A DNA stretch of 64,000 nt from Octopus sinensis (Eukaryota). The first letter of the stretch is position 1. Each line of letters starts with the position of its first letter. Below are positions 27,372 through 40,988 of the stretch, piece after piece. The translations under genes were made by a program, and so were the position numbers. The DNA lies in assembly GCF_006345805.1 (NCBI RefSeq), contig NC_043009.1, positions 2,294,001 to 2,358,000 of the forward strand. Reading direction: 5' to 3'. Below the pieces are notes generated by a model, which saw nothing but the letters and a program-made list of their open reading frames with translations, did not search any database and had not been told where the DNA came from.

Positions 27372-28065
27372 TTCACACAAGCTTATACACATCCACAAAC
27401 ACACACACAGACATATATATTCACACATACATATGTATATGTGTGTGTGCGTTTGTGGTAATATGTACGTACGTGTGTTTGTCTCATTCCCACTTTCCGT
27501 TCAGATATGTATCAGACTATTTCACTTTTAGACCTACATAATATCCTCTAATTCACTTAGCTACTCTCACTTTCATTAGCTAATCAATCCATCAATCAAA
27601 TTTCCTCGCCTTCTGAATATGGAAGTAAATAATATTTTAAAAAAAATACAAACAAACAAACTGTGCGTTATTACGAGATTTATGTCAATGTGCATTGTGA
27701 AAAAATTGGCCATGTTTGATACGATATCTATTTTTGTGCCACTGACTGAACAGTTTTAGCTCCCGATATTGATTTTATATAGTTCAATTATCAATAATAC
27801 AATTTCCAGACTCATAGAGAATTGCAATAGATATATTCGATGCATGAATATAATACTGATCGAAGAATTACCATTTCGTTTCCTTACATCAAAATATATT
27901 GTTATCGCAGCACAAAAAAACAACAATATATCTCTACATAGGTGATACTAGATTGTAAGAATTATCCGTTATGCGATTCTAATCGGAATTAGTACATGAC
28001 AATTTAGTAGTGTTTGTAGACTGATACGACTTTATTCGCAAATCCTAAAGAGGTCATGTTGGGTA

Positions 28066-28366
28066 TTGTTTGTTCCTTTTCGAGCCATGCTTGGCTCATA
28101 AGGGCCGGTTCCCGGTTTCCTGGCGTATAGGTTCCCCACCTGGACGGGAAGCCGGTCCGTCGCAGGTGAGCTGCAAGATGCAGGAGGAAAGAGTCAGAGA
28201 AAGTTGAGGCGAAAGAATCAGCAGAAGTTTCGCCATTACCTTCTGCCGGAGCCGCGTGGAGCTTAGGTGTTTCACTCATAAACACACACATTGTGTATTC
28301 TGAGATTCGAACCCGCGATCCCCCGACCACGAGTCCGCTGCTCTAACCACTACGCCATGCGCCTCC
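28066..28366 (-). mobile_element. SINE family A, full length
   Basis: GGAGGCGCATGGCGTAGTGGTTAGAGCAGCGGACTC...GGGTTCGAATCT head; (AAC)-like tail. Confidence 0.9.
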
Positions 28367-28812
28367 ACAATGTTGGCTATTACAATAGGTTACTCTTAAT
28401 ATCTATTTCCGGATCGAAACTTTCAAATTCTATATCCGATACATTAAAATACTACAAGGTCACACAAATACACATATATATTAATTACATCAAGTAAATC
28501 TGGGAGAGAAAGAACTGTCTGTTTCCGATATTTCATAGACATCATCAGAAATTTTCGGTTCTGTTATGCAGGAAATTAAGTCTCTGATTCGAATGAAAAC
28601 ACTAATACGACCTGGCTACGGGTATTTACTTGGGATTTCACTAGAAATCTCACTCCCTTGGCTTATATATATATATATATAAATTTGTTTTCCTCTTCCA
28701 AATTTCGGTTTGATTTATTATTTTTTCTTTTTTAATTTTCCAAACACCCATTTTTATTAAAATTTTCTTTCAATTTAGCATTCTGCCTTATTATAATTTT
28801 TCCTCTCCTATA

Positions 28813-28848
<36 letters not shown>

Positions 28849-28931
28849 TGAGTGTATGTAGAAAGTAAAAATACTTGGTTAAACCTGCGTTAACTCCATT
28901 TTTTATTCATATATATATATATATATATGAA

Positions 28932-29140
28932 ATTAATCCAAACATGAAAACACAAAGAGCAAACACAACAACGCAAGGACATGGAACAAGTATAGTATTA
29001 TTGGACGCTCAGGAAAGAAGGAAAGAAGGCGGGTTTAACGTTTCGAGTAGAGCTCTTCGTCAGAAACATAGGAAAAGGAAAGATCCAAAGAAGGGAAGAG
29101 GGAGGAAACAAAATCGCCAACAATACACATGCGGTCACAT
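28932..29140 (-). mobile_element. About 200-bp (TA)n-inserted PLE-LTR-like element, family 2, with HHR at 29033-29067
   Basis: GTTT-CTGACGA-A-GAG-CTCTA-CTC-GAA-ACGT-T-AAAC; homologous to the 37530, 39736, 43401 and 43636 copies. Confidence 0.8.
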
Positions 29141-29350
29141 TTTGAATATATATATATGAATTTTTGTTGCAAGATTCTTGATGTGAAACTGTATGTTGAA
29201 ACAAATATTGTTGTATTTAGAGATGGTCATTTTCTTCTCTTGCCAAATAAACACACACACTGTATATTCGTTCTTCATTCACTCGTTCATTACTGTTCTT
29301 ATTATAACGTATGTCCGGAAATCTTTCATCACAACGGTACACATACAAAT

Positions 29351-29395
<45 letters not shown>

Positions 29396-29649
29396 CAAAT
29401 TAACAAAAACTCGCACGCGTGCACACACATACACAGACACATGCACAGCACACGGGCACACACACACACACACACAGATGCACAAACACACGCGCACGCA
29501 TGCCTCCGCACACACAAAAGCACACCCGCACGCATATAGACTCAGACAGACACACACACACACGCACACATGCATGCGCGCTCCACACACGCACATACAA
29601 AAACACACTCCCGCATGCAGACACACACATGTCTATATATGTTCATTTA

Positions 29650-29850
29650 GTTTGTTCTTTTACTTTTTTCTGTCATTTGACAGCGGTCATGCTGGAGCAC
29701 CGCCTTTAATGGTATAACTCGATTCCAGGACTTATTCTTTGTAAGCATATACTTATTCATCGATTTCTTTTGCTGAAAGCCTAAGTTACGGTGCAGTAAA
29801 CACACCAACACCGGTTGTCAAGCGATGGTGACGGGACAAACACACACACA
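29650..29850 (-). mobile_element. CORE-type SINE 3' half
   Basis: Matches the 3' half of 59681-60055. Confidence 0.8.
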
Positions 29851-30339
29851 AATACATATATACATATACGTATATATATATATATATATATATATGCCTG
29901 CATATATATGTCAAGCTGGTTAAAATACCAGTGATTGTAGGAGCTCTTGGAATCACCAAATTATTTAAGAAAGATCCCTGGCTTACCACCCATTTTGTCT
30001 TAACTGCCACGTCGCACCTATCGAGAAGAGCATTGTTGCTGTGAATTTTCTTTCCCTTTTCCACCTTTATTTTCATTGCTTTTCATTGTTTTTCTTTTTT
30101 TTTCCTTCTCTTTCGTTCCCTTTTCTGTATGTCTTTCTTCCTCCTTTTAATCCTATCACATGAATTTGTAAACAAGCAATCTGGTGTGTATATTTAATTG
30201 CCTTCCAATGTATACAGTAAGTTTCTTTGCCCTAGATGTAGGGAAGACACTCGGCAAAAATTATAAAGAAAACTGAAAGGAGATAATAATAATAATAATA
30301 ACAATAATAATAATAATGAATGTATACACACACACACAC

Positions 30340-30417
<78 letters not shown>

Positions 30418-31139
30418 GCATATATACATACATATATATATACATACACGATGTACGGAAACACCGTGAATTTTACATGTATATTTTCTGAGTTATAAGT
30501 TCGGTGATGCCCGAGTGCAGATAAAGGTTTGAAAGTCGTGTCAGGAAACAATTAATTCTGACCCCCACCCAAAAAAAAAAATAAATAAAACGTAGAATCT
30601 AAATTTCAAATCGCTCCTGTCTACGACTATATTTTGATATCTGTTCCTTTATACCAATTAAATTCGACTGAAAGGATGATTAAATTTCTGTTCAGGTAAT
30701 ACATCCGAGCGGTCATATAAGAAGTATAGATATTTAGATTATGTAAGAGAGCACCATTTTGTAAGATACGAAAAAGCCGCCAAATAAAATATATTTACAG
30801 AATCGAGGATACATTAACGGAAAAAAAAGAATGAAATGGAAGAAAAACTAATTCTTACTTTAAATCTGTTATTTACTTATATTATCTTTGGTTATCTTGG
30901 AAATGTTGGTTTACTTTTAATCTACACTAAATATAAAACAAAATAATAAGCAAAAAATATTAACTAAATGGAATGTAAGATAAAAACTGTGATATTACGT
31001 TAGGCAATATTTAATATGGCGATTAAGCATCAAAGTGTGATCTGAACAAGTAAATAGATACATTTATAGACCGTCGGGAAATGGAATTCTGGAATCCCGA
31101 AGGAAATAAATGAATGCATATGTATCGATTAAAATGTAG

Positions 31140-31174
<35 letters not shown>

Positions 31175-31532
31175 TATATAATATATATAATTATTTGAGG
31201 GAATATTATTCCTAACTTACAAGGAAAATTCAATTTAGAAATACTAAATCAAATTTCACAAAATATAATATATATATAAAAATTAGAAAAAAACACCTTT
31301 TATCAATTCAAAATGAAAAATTAAATTACACCATCCAGAAAATTACATATAATAGAAATATTAAAAATACAATAACAGTAATATACCAATGATTAAGTGA
31401 ATTGCAAAATAATAATAAAAACGTATATATTTGGTAGAATAACGGCACGTGTTTCGAGGCTATATTTAAGAAATGATTATAGTAAAAAAATTAATAGTAG
31501 TAGTCAAATCACTATATATATATACATTATTA

Positions 31533-33195
31533 CTTTTGTGGGTTTCAGCCAGATGCCGAGGCCATGCTGGTGCACTGCCTTTACTGCATCCGAGGATTTT
31601 TCCTGTATTGCTTCTGTTTGAGGTATCGATTTGGACGTTGCTGCTCTTCTTTGTGCCTCCGGCTGTGATGTGAGTTCATCCGGTATTTCAAATGAAAAAC
31701 TCTCCTGACGGTTTTTTAAAGACTTCTATGTCTACAACTTGCAGATACCTGTGGTTCTGTGGTAGGGCGTTAAAAAGTCGTAGCCCTTTGAATCCCAAGC
31801 TATTACAATATTGGACTTGAATCCTTGATGGAGAAGATGGGACCTTTGGTACTGTGCAGTGCCGTCCAGTTCGGAGATTTCCATTCCGAAATGTGAAGCT
31901 AAACCCTTTATTATTTTCCTTATGTATGCCACTGCATATCTCTCACGTTTCCTCTTCAGGGAGTAGAGTCCCAGTTCCTTCAAACTCTCACAGTAGCCCG
32001 TGTGTTTTATTGGGTATATCTCTGTTTAGTGGTGTTCGATCGCCTCTAGTTCCGCAATTACATTTACACTCTGTGGGGCGCACAGTTGGAAGCAGTAGTC
32101 CAGACGACTGAGGACAATGGTTTTCTATTGCAGAAGCATTGTATCTCTTTTCCTGGTTCTGAAGGATTTAAGGATCCAATCTGCCACCAGCCTGTATAGT
32201 GTTGCCATCTGAGCAACGTGCACATGGAAAGTTGCGTTGTTGCTCACGCACCGAATGTGGGATTGCCTTCAGTTCCCATGTATTTCAACTGTAATTTGGT
32301 TGTGAACTGATAGCGGAATGCTTGAAATTTAATGGCATTGACCTGCATATTTTTCTCATCTGCCCATGTATATATTGCGTTCAGGTTATTCTGCAGTCTT
32401 AGGATGTCAGTAGTATCCTTTACTTTTGTATCATCGGCGTAGCTGGTGAGCGTGGCTGACTCTATGACTGAGAGTATGTCCAAGAAAGCAACCACAGAGA
32501 GTAATGGTCTCAGCATTGTTCCTTGGGGGACTCCACTGAAGATTAGTGTCACTTCAGAGAGAATGGTGACAGCCTGATTTCTAGCCTTCAGGAAATAATG
32601 CAGCCGCTCTTCCACTCTACCAGTGAGACCAAATTCACGCAATTTGTGATATATCATCCCGTGATCATCTTTGTGAAAGACCTTGGCAAAGTCGCGATAT
32701 ATCACATCCACATTTGAATGGTTAAGCTGTTGTTTTAGTACCCAGTCGAAGTGCTGTAGTAGCTGTGTTAGGCAACTCCTTCCAGGACGGAAACCATGTT
32801 ACGTGTCTGTAAGCAAGTCATTTTCGTCTAGGAACTTGATCTTGCTGGGATGTGAGGTTAGGACGATATGCCTGTAGTTTATAGCATGTGTTCTGATTCC
32901 TCCTTCGCGGACAGGGCAGGTTATTCCTTCTTTTAACATTTGAGGAAATGTACCACTTTCAAGGGAACTCTGGAAAAGCATTTGCAGTGGTTTTGTAAAG
33001 CTTTCTTGCATGCTTTTAACAGAATTGCTGGGAGTCCATCTGGGCCTGTTGCAAACTATGGGTTTATCTCATCAATGGCCGAGAATACATCCTCTTCTGT
33101 AATGTCAATGTAATTGATGGTTGCTTTTTTCTCTTGTAGGTTAGAGGTATTGAAGAACACATCAGGTCTGCTTGTTTTCATGTTTTCTAGTGGGG
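31533..33195 (-). mobile_element. CR1-clade LINE, 5' truncated, degraded RT
   Basis: NYRHIVLTS, HGFRPGRSCLTQLL, DVIYRDFAKVFHKDDH, SGVPQGTMLRPLL, SYADDTKV, ELGLYSLKRKRERY; 3' tail retained. Confidence 0.9.
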
Positions 33196-33232
33196 AGTAT
33201 ATATGAATATATTCATATATCTTATATATAAT

Positions 33233-33264
<32 letters not shown>

Positions 33265-33405
33265 ATATATATATTATATATATATATACATTATATATAC
33301 ATACACACACACATAGATACATACATACACACATATATACATATATACATATATACATACATACATGCATCTATATGTGTGCATGTAAATTTATAGTTAT
33401 ATATG

Positions 33406-33459
<54 letters not shown>

Positions 33460-33461
33460 TG

Positions 33462-33615
33462 TATGTGTTGGTGTTTGGTAAAAAGCTTGCTTCCCAACCA
33501 CATGGTTCCTACGTGGAAACATTGTGACTAAGGCATGTGACTTCTACTATACCCTAGGGCCGTCCAAAGCCTTGTCAGTAGATTTGGTAGACCGAAACTG
33601 AAAGTAGAACGTTGT
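33462..33615 (+). mobile_element. CORE-type SINE 5' half
   Basis: GCTTGCTTCCCAACCACATGGTTC...GATTTGGTAGACCGAAACTGAAAG. Confidence 0.75.
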
Positions 33616-33690
33616 ATATACATACATACATACAAACACACGTACATACATATATACAGGTATATATATATATATATATGTATATATATT

Positions 33691-33731
<41 letters not shown>

Positions 33732-33752
33732 GTATATATATCTATATCTACC

Positions 33753-33801
<49 letters not shown>

Positions 33802-33848
33802 GTATATATATATATATGTATATATTTCTCTCTCTCTCTCTCTCTCTC

Positions 33849-33915
<67 letters not shown>

Positions 33916-33964
33916 AAACAAGTAAAAAATAGAAAATGCTAAAATAATTTTATAGTGAACATTT

Positions 33965-34002
33965 CAGTACCGGTTTCGGTCATTTTGAGACCTTTTCAAC
34001 TG
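33965..34002 (-). ncRNA. Minimal type I hammerhead ribozyme, U3-A8 variant
   Basis: CAG-TTGAAAA-GGTC-TCAAAAT-GACC-GAA-ACCGGT-A-CTG; all three stems are in register. Confidence 0.75.
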
Positions 34003-34351
34003 TAACGATTAAATAATTAAATTTAGAAAAATTAGAAGAAAAGTTTTTTTAAAAGAATATTTCTATAGTAGTGTTCAGATTTAAGTGGCATTCTGCCTTT
34101 CTCTGACTCCCTTGTTTGCACTTGTGTGTTCGAGGTAGTTGTGAGTTCTTGGTAGGGTAGTAGAGGGAAGGCTGGTGAGGAAAGGGGGGTGGGAGAATCG
34201 GGAGTGCCCTGATGGTCGTATTTTGAATGGTCAGTGGCGGCTGGCAGTCTCAGTTCAATTCAGGAGAATATTTATATTGACAGGCTGTTTATAGAATTAG
34301 CGTAGGTGTTATACTAAAAAACATTAGTGACAAACTTAAGGGGTAGGGGGT

Positions 34352-34630
34352 GGAGAAGAAGAAGAAGAGAAGAAGAAGAAGAAGAAGAAGAAGAAGAAGA
34401 AGAAGAAGAAGAAGAAGAAGGAGAAGGAGAAGATGACGATGATGGTGATGGTGGTGATGATTATGACGACGATGATGATGATAACGATGATGATGAAGAA
34501 GAAGAAGAAGAAGAAGAAGAAGGAGGAGAAGGAGAAGATGGTGGTGATGATGGTGGCGATGATGATGATGCCGATGATGATGATAACGATGATGATGAAG
34601 AAGAAGAGGAAGAAGAAGAAGAAGAAAAAA
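34352..34630 (+). repeat. Compound (GAA)n/(GAT)n/(GGT)n microsatellite inside the PLE 3' UTR
   Basis: Directly visible; internally duplicated block. Confidence 0.9.
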
Positions 34631-35782
34631 ACAGAGAAGGGAGAATATGAATGGGTGTAAATATAGCTATGAAGGGGCTGATTAGTAATGGATTCTATGG
34701 AGTGTAGTATTTGTGTGTGTATATATATATTTTTCTTTTATTCTAAAGTTGAGGTATATTAATTGTTTGTCGTAGACCCGTTAAGAAGTGGCTTGTATTT
34801 TGTAATAAAGAGATTTTCTTTACTTATTCGTTGTCTCAAGGTTGTATCGTCCCTAAATTGGTAGAGGGGGAAAATTCTGAAGTTTGGTGTTTTTTTGTTG
34901 GCGCAAGTATCTATGTGTTGGCTAAAAGCTATTTTTCTCTTTTGGGGAATTTTTATCTGGGATCTGTGCAGGGCCATTCGTTTACGCAAACCATTTTTTG
35001 TTTGGCCTATGTACTGCTCTTGACACCCGGAGCAGGTTAGTGAGTATATTAGGTTCTCCGAAGCACATGTGAAGTTGCTTTTCACTGCATATATATATAT
35101 ATATATACCTATATATATATATGCCTGCATAAGTGTGTGTTTGTGTGTGTGTGTGTGTCTTTTTGTCTCCCACAGATTTGCTTTTTCTACGCTCTTGTAA
35201 CTTAGCGATTCGCGTAACGAGCAGAAAAATAAATATCAGGCTTAAAGAAACTACTGTAATCAATTCATTCGACTAAATAGTTCTTCCAGGTGCAGCCCCT
35301 CCATGGTGAGAGTCCAATGACTGATACAGTTAGAAGAAAAAAAAAACAGCACACGGACACACTACCACTTATTACATAATAAACTTCTGAATCGCGATAA
35401 AAATATTTCTGTCCAGTTCTAATATGCATAAGGGAATACATGAAGTTGATTTGCTACAGATACGACGAATGAAAAACAAGCTAATACGGAAAGGGAACAG
35501 CGTCAACCTACGAATACACAAAATCAAGTAGACACTCTGCCACATAGTATATACGTCTTTCTTTTTCAGACATGTGTAAATCGGCTGTACGCGTTCATTT
35601 TTCTGTTACGTATATTTTGTTCACGCTAGCGTGAGTATATGTATGTATATGTATGTGTTTCTACTTTGACATAATTACTTGTTTCCGTTTCTTTTCATAT
35701 GCATTAAGATAATGACATGAGAGTCGCTTCTAAATCAGATTTCGTTGATAGGGAAAGAATATGATCCATTGCGATATATGCG

Positions 35783-35818
<36 letters not shown>

Positions 35819-37096
35819 CTACACACACTCATACACGCACGTGCAAACACACGTATTATATATATATATATGTATATGCATATTCCCATGTATGCATACA
35901 TATACATACAAACTTATGTGTATAGATGTATGTATATGAGTATGTATGTATATGTATATATTTATAGACAGATAGATATATAGTGTATAGATAATCTGGC
36001 AAAAGCATGCTTAGTGCTCATCTCCATTGTAGATAAAAAGCGTTAAACATTTTTCTAGCTTTTGATCCATGTATTTTATCTCTCTGCCTCACACACACAT
36101 ACACACACACGCTCTCTCTCACTGATAGAATGTGTGATAGAGTGTATATTTACGTGTGTATGTGAGTATGTGTGTGCTTATAATTGTTCACCCTGTAATC
36201 TTCATCTTATCTGCTATTTACCATTTGTGTATTTTATTCCGACATGTTATGTTCACTTTCCAATTTGGCGTCAATATCTCTTATTTCGTGCTCATCCCTT
36301 CTCTTATTTCTTCTTGTTTTGATACCCTTTAAGCTCGGTTTCTTGTAAATCTGATCTCCAGAAAATAACACCCTTAGTTTGTAGTCTTTTACAAACTATT
36401 AGTTCGATATTTATCTCTCGGAATTTTCGTGTTATATAAACTGCTTAGATATAAGGAGGCGTGTCCAGAAGTTCATTGACCTAAATCTATCAGGAACCCA
36501 GCAAATTTCCCGAAAACCTTATTTTACAAGTGTGTATTATTACGAGAGTGGGCTGAAGAGTTCATAGGCTGACTATTTAGGGGTCACGCTAACATTGTGA
36601 AGCCTTGCATGTTTTATTTTCAGCATTGTTTCGGTTCGTGTAAACTGATATTTCACTGTTCAAATAAGACTTCAAAAGTAATTAGTAGTGACTTCTCTTG
36701 AAAATCGACAAAAGTTGACCCAAGAACCTGTAGAATAATTGTTTAGGCCCCAGGGACATTCATGCCCATATGCTTGCTATATTAGGGGATGACGCTGAAT
36801 CCTAATCAACAGTGCAAAAGGGATATATAGGAGGTGAAGGGAGGGTGTGAGAATGACAATACAGCGAGAAAAGTATTACGAATTACCGTAAAGAAATATG
36901 GGTGTATAAAGGCCCTCGCGCAAGTTGCAAGGCGCTTGCACACCCGCTCATACAAACATCCGTGAAAATGTAAGTATACGCTCACGTGTAGTTTGGTGCC
37001 CTCACTATCACAAAGCGAGTTGAATAGCTACTTGGTGTTTATAAGAACGGGGAGGTTAAAGTTAAAATTAATTCATCCATATCTTAAAGTAAATTA

Positions 37097-37204
37097 CGAG
37101 AGGGTGCATGAAAAGTCTTGAGCCTCAAAAAGAAAAAGAAAATATAATAAAAGACTTCAAGGTTCAACGGTCTTGAAGGATCAAAACTGTTCATACACTC
37201 CTCG
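37097..37204. mobile_element. Tiny mariner-type MITE
   Basis: TA-flanked imperfect TIRs CGAGAGGGTGCATGAAAAGT / ACTGTTCATACACTCCTCG. Confidence 0.55.
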
Positions 37205-37224
37205 TATGTCATTTAAATTCATTC

Positions 37225-37440
37225 CCGCTGCATGGGGCGAAAGTACGTTTATATGCCTGTACGTATCTTGGCAGTCTCTCAGAAATTCTATCAATGATCT
37301 CATTGGTCAACAGAATAGACAGGGATTCCTCCGAGCAGATTCGGCATCACCTGGAAATGATAATGTATGGTTTGGCGTGCCTTACTATGGACCAAGTTAT
37401 GTTGTACTTAATTTTATATTCCTTCAGTCGCCACACAAAA
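37225..37440 (-). mobile_element. Penelope-like endonuclease C-terminal fragment
   Basis: WRLKEYKIKYNITWSIVRHAKPY...R*CRICSEESLSIL resembles PLE W.LK....Y.I.WSI...AKPY....CNLCL.EK..I. Confidence 0.65.
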
Positions 37441-37529
37441 TCGTTTATATGTATATATCTCTCTCTCATCTCTCTTTCCTAATTCAGCCATTAGACTGCG
37501 GTCATATATATATATATATATATATATAT

Positions 37530-37675
37530 CCGCTCGAAACGTTAAACCCTCCTTCCCTTCTTTCCTGAGCGTCAATAATACTTTAATTGTTCCACGTCCT
37601 GCGTTGGTGTGTTTTTTTTCTCTTTTTTTCTCTTTGTTTTCTCTTTTTTTTCTGTGTTTTCTTGTTTGGATTAAC
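37530..37675 (+). mobile_element. Family 2 PLE-LTR-like element, truncated inside its hammerhead
   Basis: Begins CCGCTCGAAACGTTAAAC immediately after (TA)n. Confidence 0.75.
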
Positions 37676-38529
37676 TATATATATATATATATATATAACA
37701 TGTGCGTTACCCAACCCACGTGTTATTAGGTAATCAACATAGATGTGTTTGAATAATTTGGTAGCCGGTTTGTTTTGAATTTAGAAATTTTAGAATGTAT
37801 TGTTGCTTTTTGTTTTCTTTTTTGCAGTTGATCTTTCCGTTACTGTCTTCAGCACCCACAATCGAATAACTGGTGAAACACAAATTTATCAGCTGATCAA
37901 GACCGACTTATCAACACAGCTCTTAATAATATTGAAATTAACGTTAGACAAACAAACAATGCAGCAAAAAAAAATAGAGATGCTCTTTATAGGATTTGTG
38001 ATTATATTAAAGGAGACAAGTGATGAACAATATTGAAAAGTGCGAACGAATGAAGGGTAAACGCAAAACTGTGTTACAATACGAAAAATCTCATTTACGG
38101 CATCGCTCGCTCACAGTGCAATATATCGACCACAAGTTATCAAAATCAATATATCTGTTTTTAGGTAAATAACTAACAAATGAAAACTTCATATCTTAGA
38201 ATATGTGTTGCGAACACTTAGGCAATTGTGCATATGGAAAAATCAAAATACTTAAACTTTCCACAATAAATGCAGAAACCGATCAACTATGAAGGAAAAT
38301 GTAGAATATTTTATGGGAATTCAAAATCCGAAACCAAACCGGAAATGATATATATTCCAACAACTATCCCTATAATAGTTGCCGTATAGCGCGTGCGCTT
38401 GAAAAGCCGAGTAGAAAGGACGATGCTTAACATAAAAAGAAAATACTTTCTTCAAACACTGTGATGGTTTCAGAAAGTTTGTCTCCTCTTTATAGTTCAT
38501 ATAAACGACATCTCCACCTTCATAAAACA

Positions 38530-39527
38530 CAGTAAAGTAAAAATGTTCGCTGGTGACTCTAAGCTCCAGAAGAGTATCAATGAAGAAGACGTCCGCATTG
38601 AACTCCAATCGGATCTACATGCAGCGAGCCAATGGTCAGACAAAAACAAAAAGCAACTGAACGAGGGAAAATTTCAGCTGATGCATTTTGGAAGAAAGAC
38701 TATGCTAAAACAGCCATTCTCTCTTCCTTGAGGAGAACTCATAGCATCTAATAACATCAGAGATCTAGGAGTAATTGTTGATAAGACATTTAGATGGTGT
38801 TCCCCCTTCAACAATAAGGTTAATATAACTCGTAGGATGAGCTCCTGGATACTAAGAACCTTCCGGTTCAGAGAACAAGGTGTCATCATACCCCTCTTCT
38901 CCTCGTTTGTATGGCCACGCCTCGGATACTGATGTTCCCTGTGGGATCCCCATACAAAATATAACATCTCGAAAATCCAATCACCTCCAGAGGTCATTCA
39001 CTAAACGAATTAAGGGCATGACTGACCTCGATTACTGGGACCGCCTTAAAGCATTGAAACTCTATTGTCTCCAGCGCCGTCGCGAGTGATACATCATTTG
39101 CACGATCTGGAGAATATACGGCCAGCATTGCCCAAAGGACTTCAACATTAGCTTCAAAATTCATCCAAGGCTAGGACCACAAGCCATACATCTCCTCCTC
39201 AATTCAGGATCACAACATACAAACACACTGCAACACTTTCTTTTTCATCAACAGGCCCTGCTTTATATAACATTGTCACGAAAAACATCAAAGAGGAAAA
39301 GGATCCAATTATCTTTAGACAGAATCTGGATAAATATCTTCAAGGAATACGAGATAAGCCACCTGTACATGAATACAACTCATTCAACAAAATCTCCCTA
39401 CTCGAATAGACCATGACACAACAAAACTTGACTTAAAAGGGATTTAGCTAATCATATCATGTGGTGCTATTATGTTAGACTCGGCGTGGACCAATCTTTG
39501 GTCGAAACATATCTAAATTACCTAAGT
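38530..39527 (+). mobile_element. CR1-clade LINE 3' fragment (second subfamily)
   Basis: KMFAGDSKL...LQSDL..ASQWS.KN..QLNEGKFQLMHFG, RDLGVIVD, YWDRLKALKLYCLQRRRE; 3' stem-loop GACCAA-TCT-TTGGTC. Confidence 0.88.
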
Positions 39528-39544
39528 TACACACACACACATGT

Positions 39545-39638
<94 letters not shown>

Positions 39639-39659
39639 ACATATATATATATATACATA

Positions 39660-39708
<49 letters not shown>

Positions 39709-39735
39709 ATATCTATATATATATATATACATATA

Positions 39736-39905
39736 AGCACGTCTTCCCTTCTCGGGATCTTTCCTTCTCCTATGTTTCCGACGAAGAGCTCCGCTCGAAA
39801 CGTTAAAGCCTTCTTCTTCCCCTCTTTCCTGACCGTCCAATAATACTATATTTGTTCCACGACCTCGCGTTGTTGTGTTTTTTGTGTTTTCTTGTTTGGA
39901 TTAAC
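39736..39905 (+). mobile_element. Family 2 PLE-LTR-like element, HHR at 39774-39808 with C4 substitution
   Basis: GTTT-CCGACGA-A-GAGC-TCC-GCTC-GAA-ACGT-T-AAAG. Confidence 0.8.
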
Positions 39906-39932
39906 TATATATATATATTATATATATAATAT

Positions 39933-39984
<52 letters not shown>

Positions 39985-39991
39985 GATTAAC

Positions 39992-40038
<47 letters not shown>

Positions 40039-40163
40039 GGCGCATGAGTTACGTTCTTTCTGCATTTGCTCTCCCACCATCACTTGACACCTGGTGTCAA
40101 TGTCACCATAACTAAGCGGCTCGGCGAAAGATTCCGATAGAATACGTACCAGATTTTAAAATA

Positions 40164-40988
40164 CGAGGGGGTACCCAAAAGTAACCGAAACTTTCCCTTT
40201 GGGACAAACCTGTTGTAGTTCAGTTTTCCTCTGCTAAAAGCCAGTAGATGCAATTTGACCGGCGCGTCTTTATTTTGCAGTGCTTCTCCCCTGTTCATCG
40301 ATTTTTATGACAGCTGAAACGAAGGAACAGCATGTTTCCTTGAAGTTCTCTTTTCTGCTGGGAACAACGGCGGCTGAAACAGTTGTCAAGGACGCTACCA
40401 TGAGCAAAACATAAGCTTACGAGTGGTTTCCTCACCTTAGGAATGTTCACTTGCCATTTGATGACCAACCTTATTCGGGACGACTGTCGAGCTCCCGTAC
40501 AAATGAAAACATGGATGAACATTCATGAACTGATCTTTCTGGACCGTTACAGAACAACTGATTACCTTGTTAATGTGACTGATGTATCTTGGAGCTCCTG
40601 CTGATGAATTTTGAGCGAGGAAAAGAGCTGTAGCAAAATTGGTGCCTCGCTTGCTCATGAGAGATCAAAACCAATCACGATTCGATGCCTGTCGTGAACT
40701 GAAAGAACAGTTTGAAGTTGATCCGGAATTTTTTTTTCGAAGGTAATGACTGATGAAAGCTGGTGTTACGGAATTTGCAGATGTGGAAAAGGTGAAGAAT
40801 AAAAAAAAACGACTGAGTCGTTAAAAACCGTCACATTGCAAGAGTTGTAACATTGCTTTGAATATTGGAAAACGCGCCTGCCTTGCTTCAAATGGAAAAA
40901 ACTTAGAAGGCGATAAAAGTGGAAACATGTAAAACTACGTTAATAAAATGATATTCCAAATTTCCCGTTGCTTTTGGGTACCTCCTTG
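40164..40988 (+). mobile_element. Internally deleted mariner element
   Basis: TIRs CGAGGGGGTACCCAAAAGTAAC / GTTGCTTTTGGGTACCTCCTTG; AYEWF, AKLVPRLL, DESWCYG joined to the C-terminal FADVEKVK. Confidence 0.85.

Larger units (their letters stand above)
33905..35088 (-). mobile_element. Penelope-like element 3' part (GIY-YIG C-terminus, 3' UTR, HHR)
   Basis: KSNFTCASENLIYSLTCSGCQEQYIGQTKNGLRKRMALHRSQI...KENLFITKYKPLLN, paralogous to 21235-21540; 5' end truncated at (TA)n. Confidence 0.88.

Noticed and set aside
28510-28560. CTGATGA...GAAAC motif on the minus strand (also partial motifs at about 3075, 22340 and 31450)
   Set aside because: Stems I and II cannot be placed in register, or the core is missing; at most these are broken relics.
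34327-34660. Acidic poly-E/D ORF resembling a nucleolar or chaperone protein
   Set aside because: It is a (GAA)/(GAT) microsatellite inside the antisense 3' UTR of a PLE, with no flanking coding context.
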